64,000 nt of DNA from Botryllus schlosseri (Eukaryota), in contig CM119373.1 in NCBI GenBank assembly GCA_051294905.1, positions 560,001 through 624,000 on the forward strand, read 5' to 3'. Below the pieces are notes generated by a model, which was given only the letters and a program-made list of their open reading frames with translations, was not told the DNA's origin and ran no database searches. Below, piece after piece: positions 27,541 to 40,067 of this stretch; position 1 is the stretch's first letter; every line of letters begins with the position of its first letter. Made by a program: the position numbers and the translations under genes.

Positions 27541-30500
27541 AATACCTACATTACACGAGGAACACTGAATGTAATTCGAGAGAGTATGAGTCAAAGAAGA
27601 GTAAAAAGAATGAATATGACGAAGCACAAAATTTAGGAAAATGCACTTGATCTCATAGGGAACAAGTGCATCTAATACCAATAAAATTTGACGTATAAGC
27701 GCAAAGAAAATGGTGGAAATGTAGTGTAGAGTATTCTGAACTTGAAGTTATTAATGTAGAATACGTGTACCAATAATAATTACCAGAAACAGACAAAAAT
27801 GACGATTGGAATAATTCGTCGGCCATTTTGATTGAATCGAAATGTGAACTCGACGCCGCATCTATAATCATCGAACTGCGGCAACATTTTTAAATCTGGC
27901 CCGATAGAATGAATATCCGTTAAAAGCCCGTTGACGTGCGAGGCAAATTCAGGAAGTTAGGGAGTCAAATTTCATAATGGTTGCCATATGGTAACAAAGA
28001 GATGCAGTAAAGTTAACCTAACGACTTACAGCCGAGTTTGGAACGTACCAAAGTAATCTGACCCGTCACCAATGTTACCTCAAATTTTTCACGAACCTAC
28101 GCGAAAACGCCAACCCACTGCGCAGGCCCTAGGACAGCTGCGCGCAACCGTTTTCCCATAGGGTAATAAACCGAACTTCTGGGGGACTTCGCCCGCCTGA
28201 CTCTCCTCAGGCTATACGCTTTTCACCGCCACTAATCAGCTATGTCTGGTCTTCGTTTAGCGGGCGTTCCGACTAAACGCGCGAAGCGCCTAAAATTTTC
28301 TATAATTCATGATCAAATCGGCCAATATCATCGGGAATTGCGTATATTGCTATCGATTTTAAGTCCTGTCTATGCTCACGTAATCACATTTATAGGCATA
28401 ATCCTGTCCATGCTCACGTAATCATGCTTATAGGTAAAATGACGCCCTTACATGATGCTATTTCGTGACCTCCTACCCGATATGCCAAAAGGTATTGAAA
28501 TATGGACACAAGTAACTTTGATTCCGCTGCGACGGTATGGTGACGTATTATGGATTAATATACAAGGCAGGCGTACATGCATGAGAACGCACTTGCAACC
28601 GAAACATGCGATCGATATAGGCATATCGCGGTAAAACATTGATGTGACGTCTTAATACCGGCAATGCACTCATCACTATCAAGACATACAGTCAGATATA
28701 ACGATACGAATATTCTAGTCTGATTGAAGCAAAAACAAGACCAGCGTATGACCTTATCGATAGAGGATACCCGTTCAAACGGATCGAATAAATTCACAAA
28801 TTTGTGCTGCTTAGAAGCTGATCTAATGCAGCGCCGTATAGTGGTGCATTTTTCGATCAACGTTGGCAAAAGAATGGACATCTTCAACAATATTGGTGCT
28901 TGTACTTGCATGTTCGGCATATCGTCCGACATCACCGTACGTGGTCAGAATTCACCCGATGGAAGTGATGACTTCGAAAATTCGCGGCATTTAACTGTAC
29001 AGTAAATCTTACAATATATTCAGGCTACGCGGAGAGGATTATTTATTAGTTTCCCGCAGTCAATTTCGAACTGGCCCATTGTTAGTTATGACTTTGAACC
29101 ATATTATTTCGCCATTTCCACTAAGGATTGCGCTATTGATATGATATCAGACAGTATCGGTGAACTGAATGTTAGGAAGCTTGCGTTGTACACAACAAAA
29201 TGGGCGGTCTATATCTACGTTACAGGGAATGAGTGCGAGTGTTAGATCAAGCCCGTAATACCTGTACGGCCCGGGCCGGACCAAATTGGCACTGCACCAG
29301 GTTCAGGCTGGCTTAAAAATGGATCACCGGTCAGACAACGGTCAATCTCACTGACCCCAAATTTAAATGAGAACAATCGTCGTCATTATTAAGGAAGTGC
29401 GAACCGTGGTTTGATTATCACGCTTAGATTGGGTGCGCGATCTTCGGGTTCTCTGTCGTATTGGAGGCGGGCTCCATTGCATGAATATCTGCTGATCTTC
29501 AGAAGTGCAGACGTACAAATTAGTATGATCAAAGCCGCATACTGCGAGTTATAAAGAGTTGTTTGTGTGCGAGGTGGGCTTTGAGATCTGATGTGCGGCA
29601 GCTTAGCTGATTTGTTGGTTGGGGACGCAACATGAGATAACGATGTTGCCTGCAATATGGTTGCTACATGACGAAACTCGCGCGAAACGGCTACTTCCTG
29701 ACCAGGGAACTCAAAGCCTATCGATCTAAGGCAACTAAGATAAAATAAACACACGCTCAGCTCATGCACCCAGCATAATTTTATAGAGAATAATTTTGCA
29801 TTTATTTAATCCTTCGAGGTAATCCGAAAGGAATGCACTCCTTACCCCAATAACCAGAAAATGTGGACTGTTAGGCGACACTCTTCGTCATGAAGAGAGG
29901 GATATTTTATAAATCTTGGCCGCATGCAAGTATTCTGATCTTAGCATTGCGACATTGTGTTTGACGTGGACCTTGTGCGCCGTTGGTGGAGAGGGCGAAT
30001 AATCTCAAATGAGATGATTTACGAATAAGCGCTCGGTTTAGTTATACCCTGAGAATAGCGTAAGGAAGGACCCAGTCGTGGATAAAAGATCCATGAGCTT
30101 GCTATGCCTCAATATAACATAAAAAGAACAATTGTTAAGACATGTGTTATCAATTTATGTGCCGCAATCGCGGTTGCGAAAAGCTCGGTTGAACTTTGTG
30201 TGTGCAAAATGAAACAACAGCGCCCGCCTGCGGCCTAACGGGATAGGTAAGCGGTAAGGGCCCTTTTGATAAAAAGAGAGGCTATATGTGATCTTCTAAG
30301 TCGGCGATTCGGCCAAAAATGGGCCAGCGAGGCGTAAGTCATACAAGGTATGAAATACTAGCGTGAATTGCCGCATACGGGATACTGTAATGTTGAACTA
30401 CAACGCGATTGTTGCCGGATCAAAATGGCGCCTGAAATTTTCATTCAAAATGGCGCTGCTAGGACCGAAACTGCGGACCCTCGAGTTGCGCGCGAGTCAT

Positions 30501-33500
30501 GGCTCGTGGTCATTGATAAAGCCTAAGGCGGACCAAATTGGGCACGCCGACAGGATGTTTAACAGCGTTGTAGCCAGAGAACAATTGGTCAATTGCCACC
30601 AGCTGGAACACGAATAATTACTCATAAAGGGTATAGAGAGGAATGACTCGATACTAACTAGACCCGAAATTAGTTTCCAGCTATTAAGGAGAGGAAGCTC
30701 TGGTTTATCCTTTGAGTCAGAAACCCATATAATCGGCCGCACAACGCAGCCCAATTCAGTCCGATTTTTGGGCTCGAACACGACGCAGCAGAGTGGAAGC
30801 TTAGAAAGAAACGTAGCTGCGCGCGGGGCTGCGGCTGACACCAGGGCTACACCAAGGATCAAAGGCGCCGGGTTGAGTACCTTATAAATATTCCGTGTCC
30901 CATGTAGCAGTGCTAACGCAGTTGCGGTCATAGAAGGGTGGAGCCTTGGTCGGCTGTCTACGCGTTTGAAGTAGTGCGCATTAAATCGTCTTGTTAGTGC
31001 ACCACACCAAATATGTTCCCGATTGTAGAATTTCGGCCTGTGCCTTCTTTGGTTACCATGTCAATTGCCCTAAATCGTGTTGGCCCTTTCAGTGTGAATC
31101 TGCGCCCCTGTGCTCACAGATGTAAGCGGCTTATGGTAAAAGTTCGGGGACAGCCCGCGGGCCGCTTGCACCCATGCCTATGTTTCGGACAGGCCGCGGC
31201 GAAATTTGGACGTTTCAAGTGTTGAACAAAATATTTAAAGGCCACGTACCTTTCAAATAAAAAAGGTTGAAGTTCGCTCTAAAGTTGCTGTGGAAATCCT
31301 GGCGAAATTCGCCATAATATAACTCACAATATTACAAATTACGGTTGGCCTAAGGGGATCCTCATGGAATGTCTGTTTTTTTCATGTCCAACGTAAAATA
31401 CTATCATAAGTAATTTGGATTTTTTTGGCGGTTGTGGGATTCTCGTTTATGAAAAACCGTCGAATGGGGGCCACTTGGAATTACTATATTTAATATCCCT
31501 ATTATTAATCCCGCGGCCCGCGGCAACCCCAAGGCTTGGGAAAGGGGCCCGCGAGCGTGTCCGAGTTAAGAGTCTCTGGGTAGAATATGGAGGCGTGAAA
31601 ATATAAAATAATTGACTTGGTAAAATAGGCCTTGGAGCCTTGACGGCTGCCGTAAGTGTAGGGAGGTGTTTGATTTAGGTGCATGCTAGTTGTAAATTTT
31701 CAATGGCTCTTTCAAATATTTACCCCTGACAGGTACCCTGAAACGAGAGTCGTCTACCGTCGAATATTAGTACCTATTCTAGAGACGTATTAGGTATGAG
31801 GAGAGGCGAAATCGGGCCTAGAATTGTTGCGATAAATCCGACACACAGGAACGCCGCCGGTGAAGAAAAAATCACACTACGTGATAATTACGATGATAGA
31901 TCGTACAGCTTCCAATCGGAAAATAAGCGAAGGTTGAATAAAATATTTTTGTCACACTTTTGTCTAGGCTGGCATCCCTCCAGCTGGGATTTAGTCCCTA
32001 AATCAGAGCATCCGTCGCGGACTTATGGACGGCGCGGAGGACGGTGTCCTTATTGCCACACGTCCAAGATGGGCTCTGTTTCAGTAGGGATTAGATAGAT
32101 TGTAGTTAGGGTGGGATAGGTCCATTTTTAGATGATTACTCTTTAGTAATCTTGGGCCCAAGGTCCAGCACTCGTACCGATGGCAACTAAACCTTATGTG
32201 GAGTTGCTTCATGTGCCGTAGATCTCTCCGAGGCATTGCATGGCCCATTGCACGAGTCATGGCACACATCGGTCCGGGTCTAGGCTAAGGCATGGAAAAA
32301 TTTTGTAGGGACGGAATTAGAATAGGTAGGGCGAAATCTAGGAAGCGTAACGTCCTTGGTTCAAAAGGAACCTTAAAAACCCACGAGGGTGTATAGGCAT
32401 AATACCGGCCAATTCGTGGCTAGTAGGGGAGTTTTGAGTGACGGTGAGGTAGTTTGTAAAATTAGTAATAATTGCACAGATTGCGAACTTACAAGACCGG
32501 CCAGAGATTGACTATAGTCTGGCCGCCTCTGTTGAGATGTGGTGACTAAAATATCAGTCCCGACGCAGTATACGAAATCCACTAGTCGGTCTCCTTTTGG
32601 TAGACCTTTGTATCAAAAGTAGAAATTTTCTACACGCTTTGCACAACATGCCGTTCGATTGCTCACTTGTAATAAGGTTACCCCTTTGTAATTGAGCCGG
32701 ACTGCATTTGCCATTATAAGATAAAGTTTCCTACGCAGTTTGCGTCAACTACGAAACCTAGGCCTGGTCTAAACTTTCGATAATAGGGTGTCCAGACGTT
32801 GAATGGTTCATCCCTTTCAAACTGGCCCGCGACATAGTAAATAGTTGTCGCAAAAATGCGGCATTGCCGCGGTATAATGATAACCTACATACATCCTCCG
32901 AATCGGTTGCGCTGTGTGAGTATATGTGCTGAGTTATGAAACAACAACTTTCCTCGGAACCACAAATATCGCCGACGCATAATCTTGTAATTGGGAATGA
33001 GGATCCCATCTTGCTTTCCTGGAATAGGGTCTGATTATAGTTTCCTCGGACCTTTTTACCAAAAGTTGAAATCCATTCTCAGAGCGAACTGCGTCAACTG
33101 TCACAATAATTCTGTGTTATGAAAAGGTAAATACGAGTGTTTTCCGAGTGGTATTACTGAGATTGCGACAATATAGGATGATGTACTGAAGAGAGCGTAA
33201 AATATAGTACGACTTGCAATTTGGGCATAGTGTTGTCTCGCAACGTAACTCCTAGAATTAAATATTGTTGTCAAAAATGGATCCCTCGAGATGTGATTAC
33301 TGAGCTAGCCGAACGATTGTATTGGTCAGGCCGCAGCGTATAAAACGTGATTCACATATGAATTCCGGAACGAAACTTCGGAAAGAATCTGAGATTAGCC
33401 GAGTTATGACTTTGTCCAGCCTCCTTGTGATTTCTCTTCTTCCTGTCAAATTGATGGCACGCCTGGCAAAATTGCAGACTATCATAATTGTTAAAGTTGG

Positions 33501-33599
33501 TCCAATGACTACGGCCGCGTTGTTTTCTGAGCGGCGTGGTGGTCGTCGATGCCGACGCTTTGAGTGGCCTGCATTGAACAAATATAGTTTATTTAAATC

Positions 33600-34710
33600 C
33601 AGAGTTGGTCAAGGTAGTCAAGAAATCTACTCAAGTAGAGGTAGCGACGAAGAAAGCTACTCAAATACGAGTGGAAGTACTTCTTCTTTAAGCAACCTAA
33701 AACTACTTGAAGTGGAAGTAGAATTAACTGACTTTATATCTACTCAAGTAAGTAAGTAGTTTTGAAAACAGCCTTAATTCGTTCGCATGGACTGTCAAAA
33801 GCTGCGAATTGAGCACGTGCAGGGAGCTTGATTCGTATTGATGCATCCCAGGAGGTATCAATTTTCAACATAATAAGTATTGTTTCGCATCATGGGATGC
33901 AAATTATAGTACTGATATGAAAATGCGATACTTATCTTTTGTTTACTGGAACACCCCGTTTTTAGAGAATGTCATGGGATGGCGCCCTACCCCATATTAT
34001 AAGGCCACAAGTTTAGGCGAAGAGCAATACGTAGAAAATGTATCGGATACGGTTACATCACTTTACGTGATTATTATACGGTAATTAAAATGAAATACCA
34101 ATACCACTTCTAAAAAGCGGAGAATATATTTCCTGTATTTTGTCTACAAAGTTTAAAAGGTCATCTGCTAAAATAGGTGTAACGTTCAAAAAAAAGCTGG
34201 ATTTTTCAGATTATCAAGACACGTAACGGGCTGCTAGATTATAATATGATAGTTAATTGCTAGATTGCGAAACGTAGTTTCAAATGTTGTGGTGGGCCAT
34301 ATTTACTGTGATTAAATATTTGATATGGGCGACAATGCGGTGTGAGAGGAACCAAGCGATCCGGTACCTAAATTACATTCACTGATACTTTCATGAAAAC
34401 ATATTTGTCACTCCATCACTACTATGCGCGAAGCGCAATAAAATTTCTGGGCTTTACTTGACTTTTTGAATATTAGATGTTGGTACTCCATGAAAACAGC
34501 CCCGGGGTTCCTCAGGCTATCTTCCTGATTGGAAGATTAAGCTACTTCTACTTGACAAACTGAAAATAGCGAAAAGTAAGTAAGTAGATCACAAAATATT
34601 ACGAAGTAATAGTAGAAAAATTCAGATCCACTTGAGTAAGTACCATAAGTAGAGGATAACTACTTGAGTACTTCGAAAAAGTAGAAGTACTTCGTTACTG
34701 ACCACCTCTG
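33600..34710. mobile_element. hAT-type MITE (CAGAGGTGGTCA TIR, agtagaagt-rich)
   Basis: Ends CAGAGTTGGTCA...TGACCACCTCTG with imperfect 8-bp flanks tttaaatc/cttaaatt. Shorter copy at 44988-45231. Confidence 0.7.
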
Positions 34711-37700
34711 CTTAAATTCGAGCGGAGGCCTAAAGCATAATACGACATCAATTAGTTACAATCCTATGTATTAATAGATAAATACGGTATGTGTTATTAG
34801 ACCTAAAATAAATGACCAATTGACCATTCTTCTAGTGGAAGAGGGTAGTAGCCCTATATCGTAGGGAGAAATTCGACAAAATGGGGAACTGAGTAGGCTC
34901 CTGGTTGAAATTTGGCATGTTTTGTATGAGAGGTGCGGATTTAAGTAGTTTGAAAACTACTTTTCAAAAAACTACTCGACAGCGGCCCGCGCCAATTGCT
35001 TGGTCTTGATTTCAAAAAGGGCTACTGCAGGCCTGAAAAACCTATATCCAGTGCCTAGAAACTACTTTTCGAATGCACGCCGGATAAACTAGAATAGTAA
35101 ACCGGACCTCTCCGTTATGATGTATAGTGACCCATAACTCAATGTAGGGGTTTGACCCCAGCATTGGTAGAATAAATGGATTGTGTTTTGATAATATTTT
35201 TCGGGATATTTGGCTACCATTTGGACGATAGTTGTGCAGTAATTTTTCGTGTACCTGAAGCCTTGAGTCTGAGTGGTTACCGAATGGTGCAATTCTTAAC
35301 GATAAAAGGTTGGGATAAAAGGTTGGGATCGTGATCATTACAAAATATTGTCACCCAGTTTCACATCTACCCGAATGCGAACACAGCTTGACAAGCAATA
35401 CTCAAATGTAGGGGGTCCCTGATCTGTTGATATCAAGACAATCACGTACAGCATGTGCAGACCCGGTATTGAGATCCTTGTAGAAACATCAGAAGAGGTG
35501 GCCGAGAGTCTTTACTGTGATTTTGTTCCTGCAAAAATTGAGAGAAAATTTGCTTCAAGAACTGGCAATTAAAGATTACTTTTAAATTAGTATCTGTAAG
35601 AACTAGTTTGGTATGAAATGATAACAGGTTTCGGAACTAGACTAGCAAGATATATGGAGTGGATTCTGGAATCTATGCGACCCTGTATTATGGTCCTTGG
35701 CGTTCAGTTAAAACTGAGCGATAGAGCGATTAGAAAATGGATTAACGATATATTACCTATGGCAGTTGGCTGAATAAATAGTACTGTTATTTTTCAAGTG
35801 AAAATAATTTCACAAGTGACTAATAATTGAAGCTGCGAATACTTGAATATTTTTCCCCGCCATTTCTGCGTCATGTATGTGGTATTTGCTTGCTCGGATT
35901 GATTGTTATGGGACCCCAGAACAACTTTGTGCAACCCCAGAACAGCAACGGCCAACTAAGACCTAATACACGGCTTCACCACTTCTTGTTAATTATTAGA
36001 CTGAATGAACCTGCCAAGGTGACTTATGGCTATTGCCTTAAATGAGAAAAATGTTTTTTTGAAGCGTAGGGACTGAACTTTGTTTGTGTGAGGACTTATT
36101 AAATTAGTGTACTCAAGGACATTAAACACTATCCAAATTACTTCATGTTATGGCTAATATACTTTCCAAGTAGGTACTACGTTCAAGTTGAATCTGTAGA
36201 TAGGACAGCACGCGACGTGACGCGCACTGATGGGGGTTTCGCGAGATCTGGGTACACAATGATACGGACAAAATAATACATACCACGAGTTGGAGGTTTG
36301 AGGCAGTGGTGTCGGACTCAAATGGCGTCCCGGGCCGGATTCAGGCTTTCCAATCGCTCGCGGGCTGGTCAGCTGATAAAATAGCAAGTAACAGCATGTG
36401 TTCACGTACAATGGAATTGGCAAATTGCTATGGTATGGGTTGACATATTCTACTCGCTAGTCCAGCACATGTGTTGTGGGGGGCACAGGATACTTGATTG
36501 ATAATAAGTTGGGTCAAATCCTTGTAAACTACACAGGATAGTTTCAATTTGGCGTTCCACTTTTGCAAGAATGAGCACTCATCAGTCGGGGTTGTGGCCG
36601 GGTCAAGTCAGCAATCAAGTTCGGATTCAACTGCTCAGTTTCCTATTGAAGTCTTGCTAATAATAATTTAATTTACTGTTGGCAGTTTATAGCCGCGTAA
36701 ATTGAATCCTAGTAGTTTGATAACTTTGCTGTTATTCAAAATTACAATGAAATGTTGATCTTGATTGTCTGAAATTTGAGACATGCGCCTTGATCTATGA
36801 TGGATGTCGAGTTCGCCGCGAAATCGCAGCGCCATGGTCATAATAAATAATTTTTGAATAATTGTTACATAACGGGTTACGGATATGAGTTTACCTTGCC
36901 GAATGAGCGGTATTCCTGCCGCTCGGCCTGAGTGATAGCTGGTCCTTGTGGGGATGCTATGATGTTCAGTGCGGTTTCTGTAAAAGGAAGACTGATTATT
37001 GCCCAACGATCTCTACAGTCCAAAGGTGGTCATAATGGCAGCATTGTTACTTGGATAGGCTGAGAGCTGTTGAAGTACTACCTGCGAATTTCTGCTTGAT
37101 TGTGGGTAGGATTACCTCGGAACTGCATCACCAATGTGTTGCGAGTTCGAGTCATACCAGAGTAACTACAGAAGGGGTGGTCTTCAGGCTACCGGTCGGC
37201 GGTTGCGAAACAGAAGTTGACCCGGTGTGGGTAACCATAGTGGTCCTGGACATCACAAAATTCTACCCGGGCATGTTGATAGTTAAAAAGTAGTTCGAAT
37301 ACTCGCCTGTTTGATCAGGCAGTAGAAGTAGATGGGACTGACGTGAGTACTCCGAACTAGTGGAAGTACCTATTACCACTGTCTCCAGCGTGAATGTTGA
37401 CAGCAAACTCACTCACCTAACATCGGTCGTTTGTTCGCCGTTCTGCGCTCAACATTGACCGTTTGGATATGGCATTGGTTGCGGAGAACTTTACGACGAA
37501 CCATGCTTATACCGTAGTCTTTGACCGAATTCAAATTCGCGCGGTTTCTGAATTCTTTCTTGTGTCAGTCGGTGCATCGTAGCAGGGGGTAGATTTGTGT
37601 TGGCTGCTGAGTAGCTGGAAGTGCCGATAGGACTCTTTTGCTATGATTTGATCTGTAAAATCAATATACAAATGACTTGAATTCATGCCGATATTGGGTG

Positions 37701-37803
37701 TAATTAGATAAGGTAATTTTTACCCGTATAGTAAAATGGAGCTCTATATCACCTGGCTAGAATCCTTGTATAGATTGTGTAATTAAATAATTGTGGTGCT
37801 AAA

Positions 37804-38460
37804 ATGAGGGAACTCGGAACAGTGGATTTAATTCCTAGACATGAATCCACGAACTGGGACAATCTACGGAGCATTTATTACTCCTTGGACAGTTGGGATT
37901 TAGGAACCTATGAAACACGCGAAGAAAGGATGAATTTTAAAAGAGCTGTGTGGGATATAATTTCAGACAGAAATGATTGGTGTAAGAGACGGGACGATGG
38001 CCTCTTGACGAGAGTGTCATTGTACGATGAAATATCCCAGAGAACATTGAATATAATGTGCAATATATTGGACGATATTTTGGAACTAAGAAGTAGTGAT
38101 CCATATGATGCAGGGAGGCGCATAATGATTTACGAACTAATTCGAGGCGTGGTTATTAAGGCGACGGATATAAGAGTTTCGAAGAATTGCTACAAAACAC
38201 TCAATAGCTGCAACATGCATGAGGGGGTCGAGGAGTGGGGATGTCAACACGATCTGGGAGTAGTAGGTCATTCCATTGTAGATCACGGACGGACTGTCAG
38301 GATAAGAGAATTGACTTTACGCCCTGCCCCTGTAGAAGGAGCAAGTGTTGATATTGATGCGATGGTGCCTCAAAACATTTTGCACGTTGGCCCACACGAT
38401 TGTATATGTGATGGTGAATGCGACTGTATACAAATAAGAACACCGTATGAATTGAGATGA
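37804..38460 (+). CDS. Intronless orphan ORF, 218 aa, paralog of 39555-40067
   Basis: ATG start; shares RIMIYELIRG...T...V.K..Y.T with the neighbouring ORF (RVMIYELLRG...T...V.K..Y.T). Confidence 0.55.
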   Translation: MRELGTVDLIPRHESTNWDNLRSIYYSLDSWDLGTYETREERMNFKRAVWDIISDRNDWCKRRDDGLLTRVSLYDEISQRTLNIMCNILDDILELRSSDPYDAGRRIMIYELIRGVVIKATDIRVSKNCYKTLNSCNMHEGVEEWGCQHDLGVVGHSIVDHGRTVRIRELTLRPAPVEGASVDIDAMVPQNILHVGPHDCICDGECDCIQIRTPYELR

Positions 38461-39575
38461 TATCTGCAATCGGTATCAAAGTTTGGCTCGCTTGAAACAG
38501 GAATGCTTGATGTTTAAAAATAGGGTCAGAACTCACCTGAGGTTTGGAATTTGAAAGTTAAAATAATGGGTGATCTTTGAGTCTGGAAATCATAGTGCAA
38601 TCAGTGTTGGTCCAGATTAGTTGCACTGGGCAATGTCTGAATAATGTCCCGAATGAATTAACCTTGTGTACAGATTGAATACTGTGGGATAAATAGCCAG
38701 ATAATAGGACTTGAGTCAGGGTTTGACTCGGTTTATTTAAGTCACCTTTTCTCTGGTTTAGGTTGTCTTGACTTCGGAGATGTGAGTCGATGAGTGGCTG
38801 GATCGCGGCGCCTTGTATACGTTCTGAATTGTATAACCTGTGAGGTACAATCCATTATTGAATGATCGGGCGCTTATTGTATCACAAATGAGTTGAATTA
38901 CCTTGTCTAGACAGTGGTAAAGTGATATAGTCTGCTAGTAAGGTGTCTTGATTCTATAAGAGGCTAACAGTACTCATTGCACGCTTCGTGAACCTCTGAT
39001 ATGTATGTACCAGCGGTTATTAGTCTTTTTGGAAATAGTACTTATAGGTTGCACTATGTTGCATCCAAGTCTGTACTAAGCAGAGCAGTCCACCATCTTT
39101 TAATAACAACTACTCAACGCACTTAGTTTTAGGTCGCCGCCTATGATGTGTGTAATTGGCCAAATCCTTTTGGAAAGCCAGGCCGGAGAAGCTGAGCCAC
39201 TGAATTATTGACCCAAGGGCACAGTGTGTTTTTTGAGAGGTGTTTGTAGGTCCCTAGTTTTGAGGCCTAATAGTATTGACAATCAATGTGAACTTGAGGG
39301 ATTGAATTGGTCCCGATTTTGAGGCATCACTTCATCAGTGGGACTCCCCAATTCCCACTCTCCTACTTGAAATAGTTTACTCTGCCTTACCAAATTGTGG
39401 GAGAATATAAGCGTGAGTGTATATAATGAATTGGATGCCTTGCAAATGGAAAAGGCCAGATTGCACCAATTAGAGAAAGTCGTTTTTCCTGTATAACACA
39501 GCGGAACTTTGTTTGTGGGCTGACTGCTATTTTTCTTGTATTAAGATTGTGTAATTGTACAATTGTAAAACCAAA

Positions 39576-40067
39576 ATGGATTACATAGAGATCACTAACC
39601 AAATGGTTGGAGAATATGCGCATGAGTTAACTAGAATATATAATGAATTGGATGCCCTGCAAATGGAAAAAGACAACTGTCGTGAACAGATTTTCAAAAA
39701 TACGGCTACGATAATAAAGAGAGCGCTGAAAAACAGACAGCGTCTAAGTTGTCTGGCAATTGCTAAAGATAATAAAAAGGACTTGATGGATGACATCAGA
39801 TATATTCTGTTGGAAATTGAGGGTATGAAGGGGCAGGAACGAGTGATGATATACGAACTCCTGCGTGGATACATATCGTACCATACTGGGTTCGTGGTGC
39901 CAAAAAGTTCGTACAGAACGCGATCAAAAATTATGGAGATTTGGAAAACTAACGAACAAATAAACTGGACTTATGACCCAGAATTTGTGTGGGAAAAAGA
40001 GGAAAGAAGAAAAACGATTTTCTTGGTGATTCCACCGGAGGAAGACAAAGAAAATCAGGGATGTTAA
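39576..40067 (+). CDS. Intronless orphan ORF (~163 aa from ATG), paralog of 37804-38460
   Basis: MDYIEITNQMVGEY...RVMIYELLRG...; a decayed partial duplicate of its 5' end is at ~39389-39457. Confidence 0.55.
   Translation: MDYIEITNQMVGEYAHELTRIYNELDALQMEKDNCREQIFKNTATIIKRALKNRQRLSCLAIAKDNKKDLMDDIRYILLEIEGMKGQERVMIYELLRGYISYHTGFVVPKSSYRTRSKIMEIWKTNEQINWTYDPEFVWEKEERRKTIFLVIPPEEDKENQGC

Noticed and set aside
36668..37400. Minus-strand coding region
   Set aside because: Coding-like but interrupted by stops and with no recognisable motif; not supportable.
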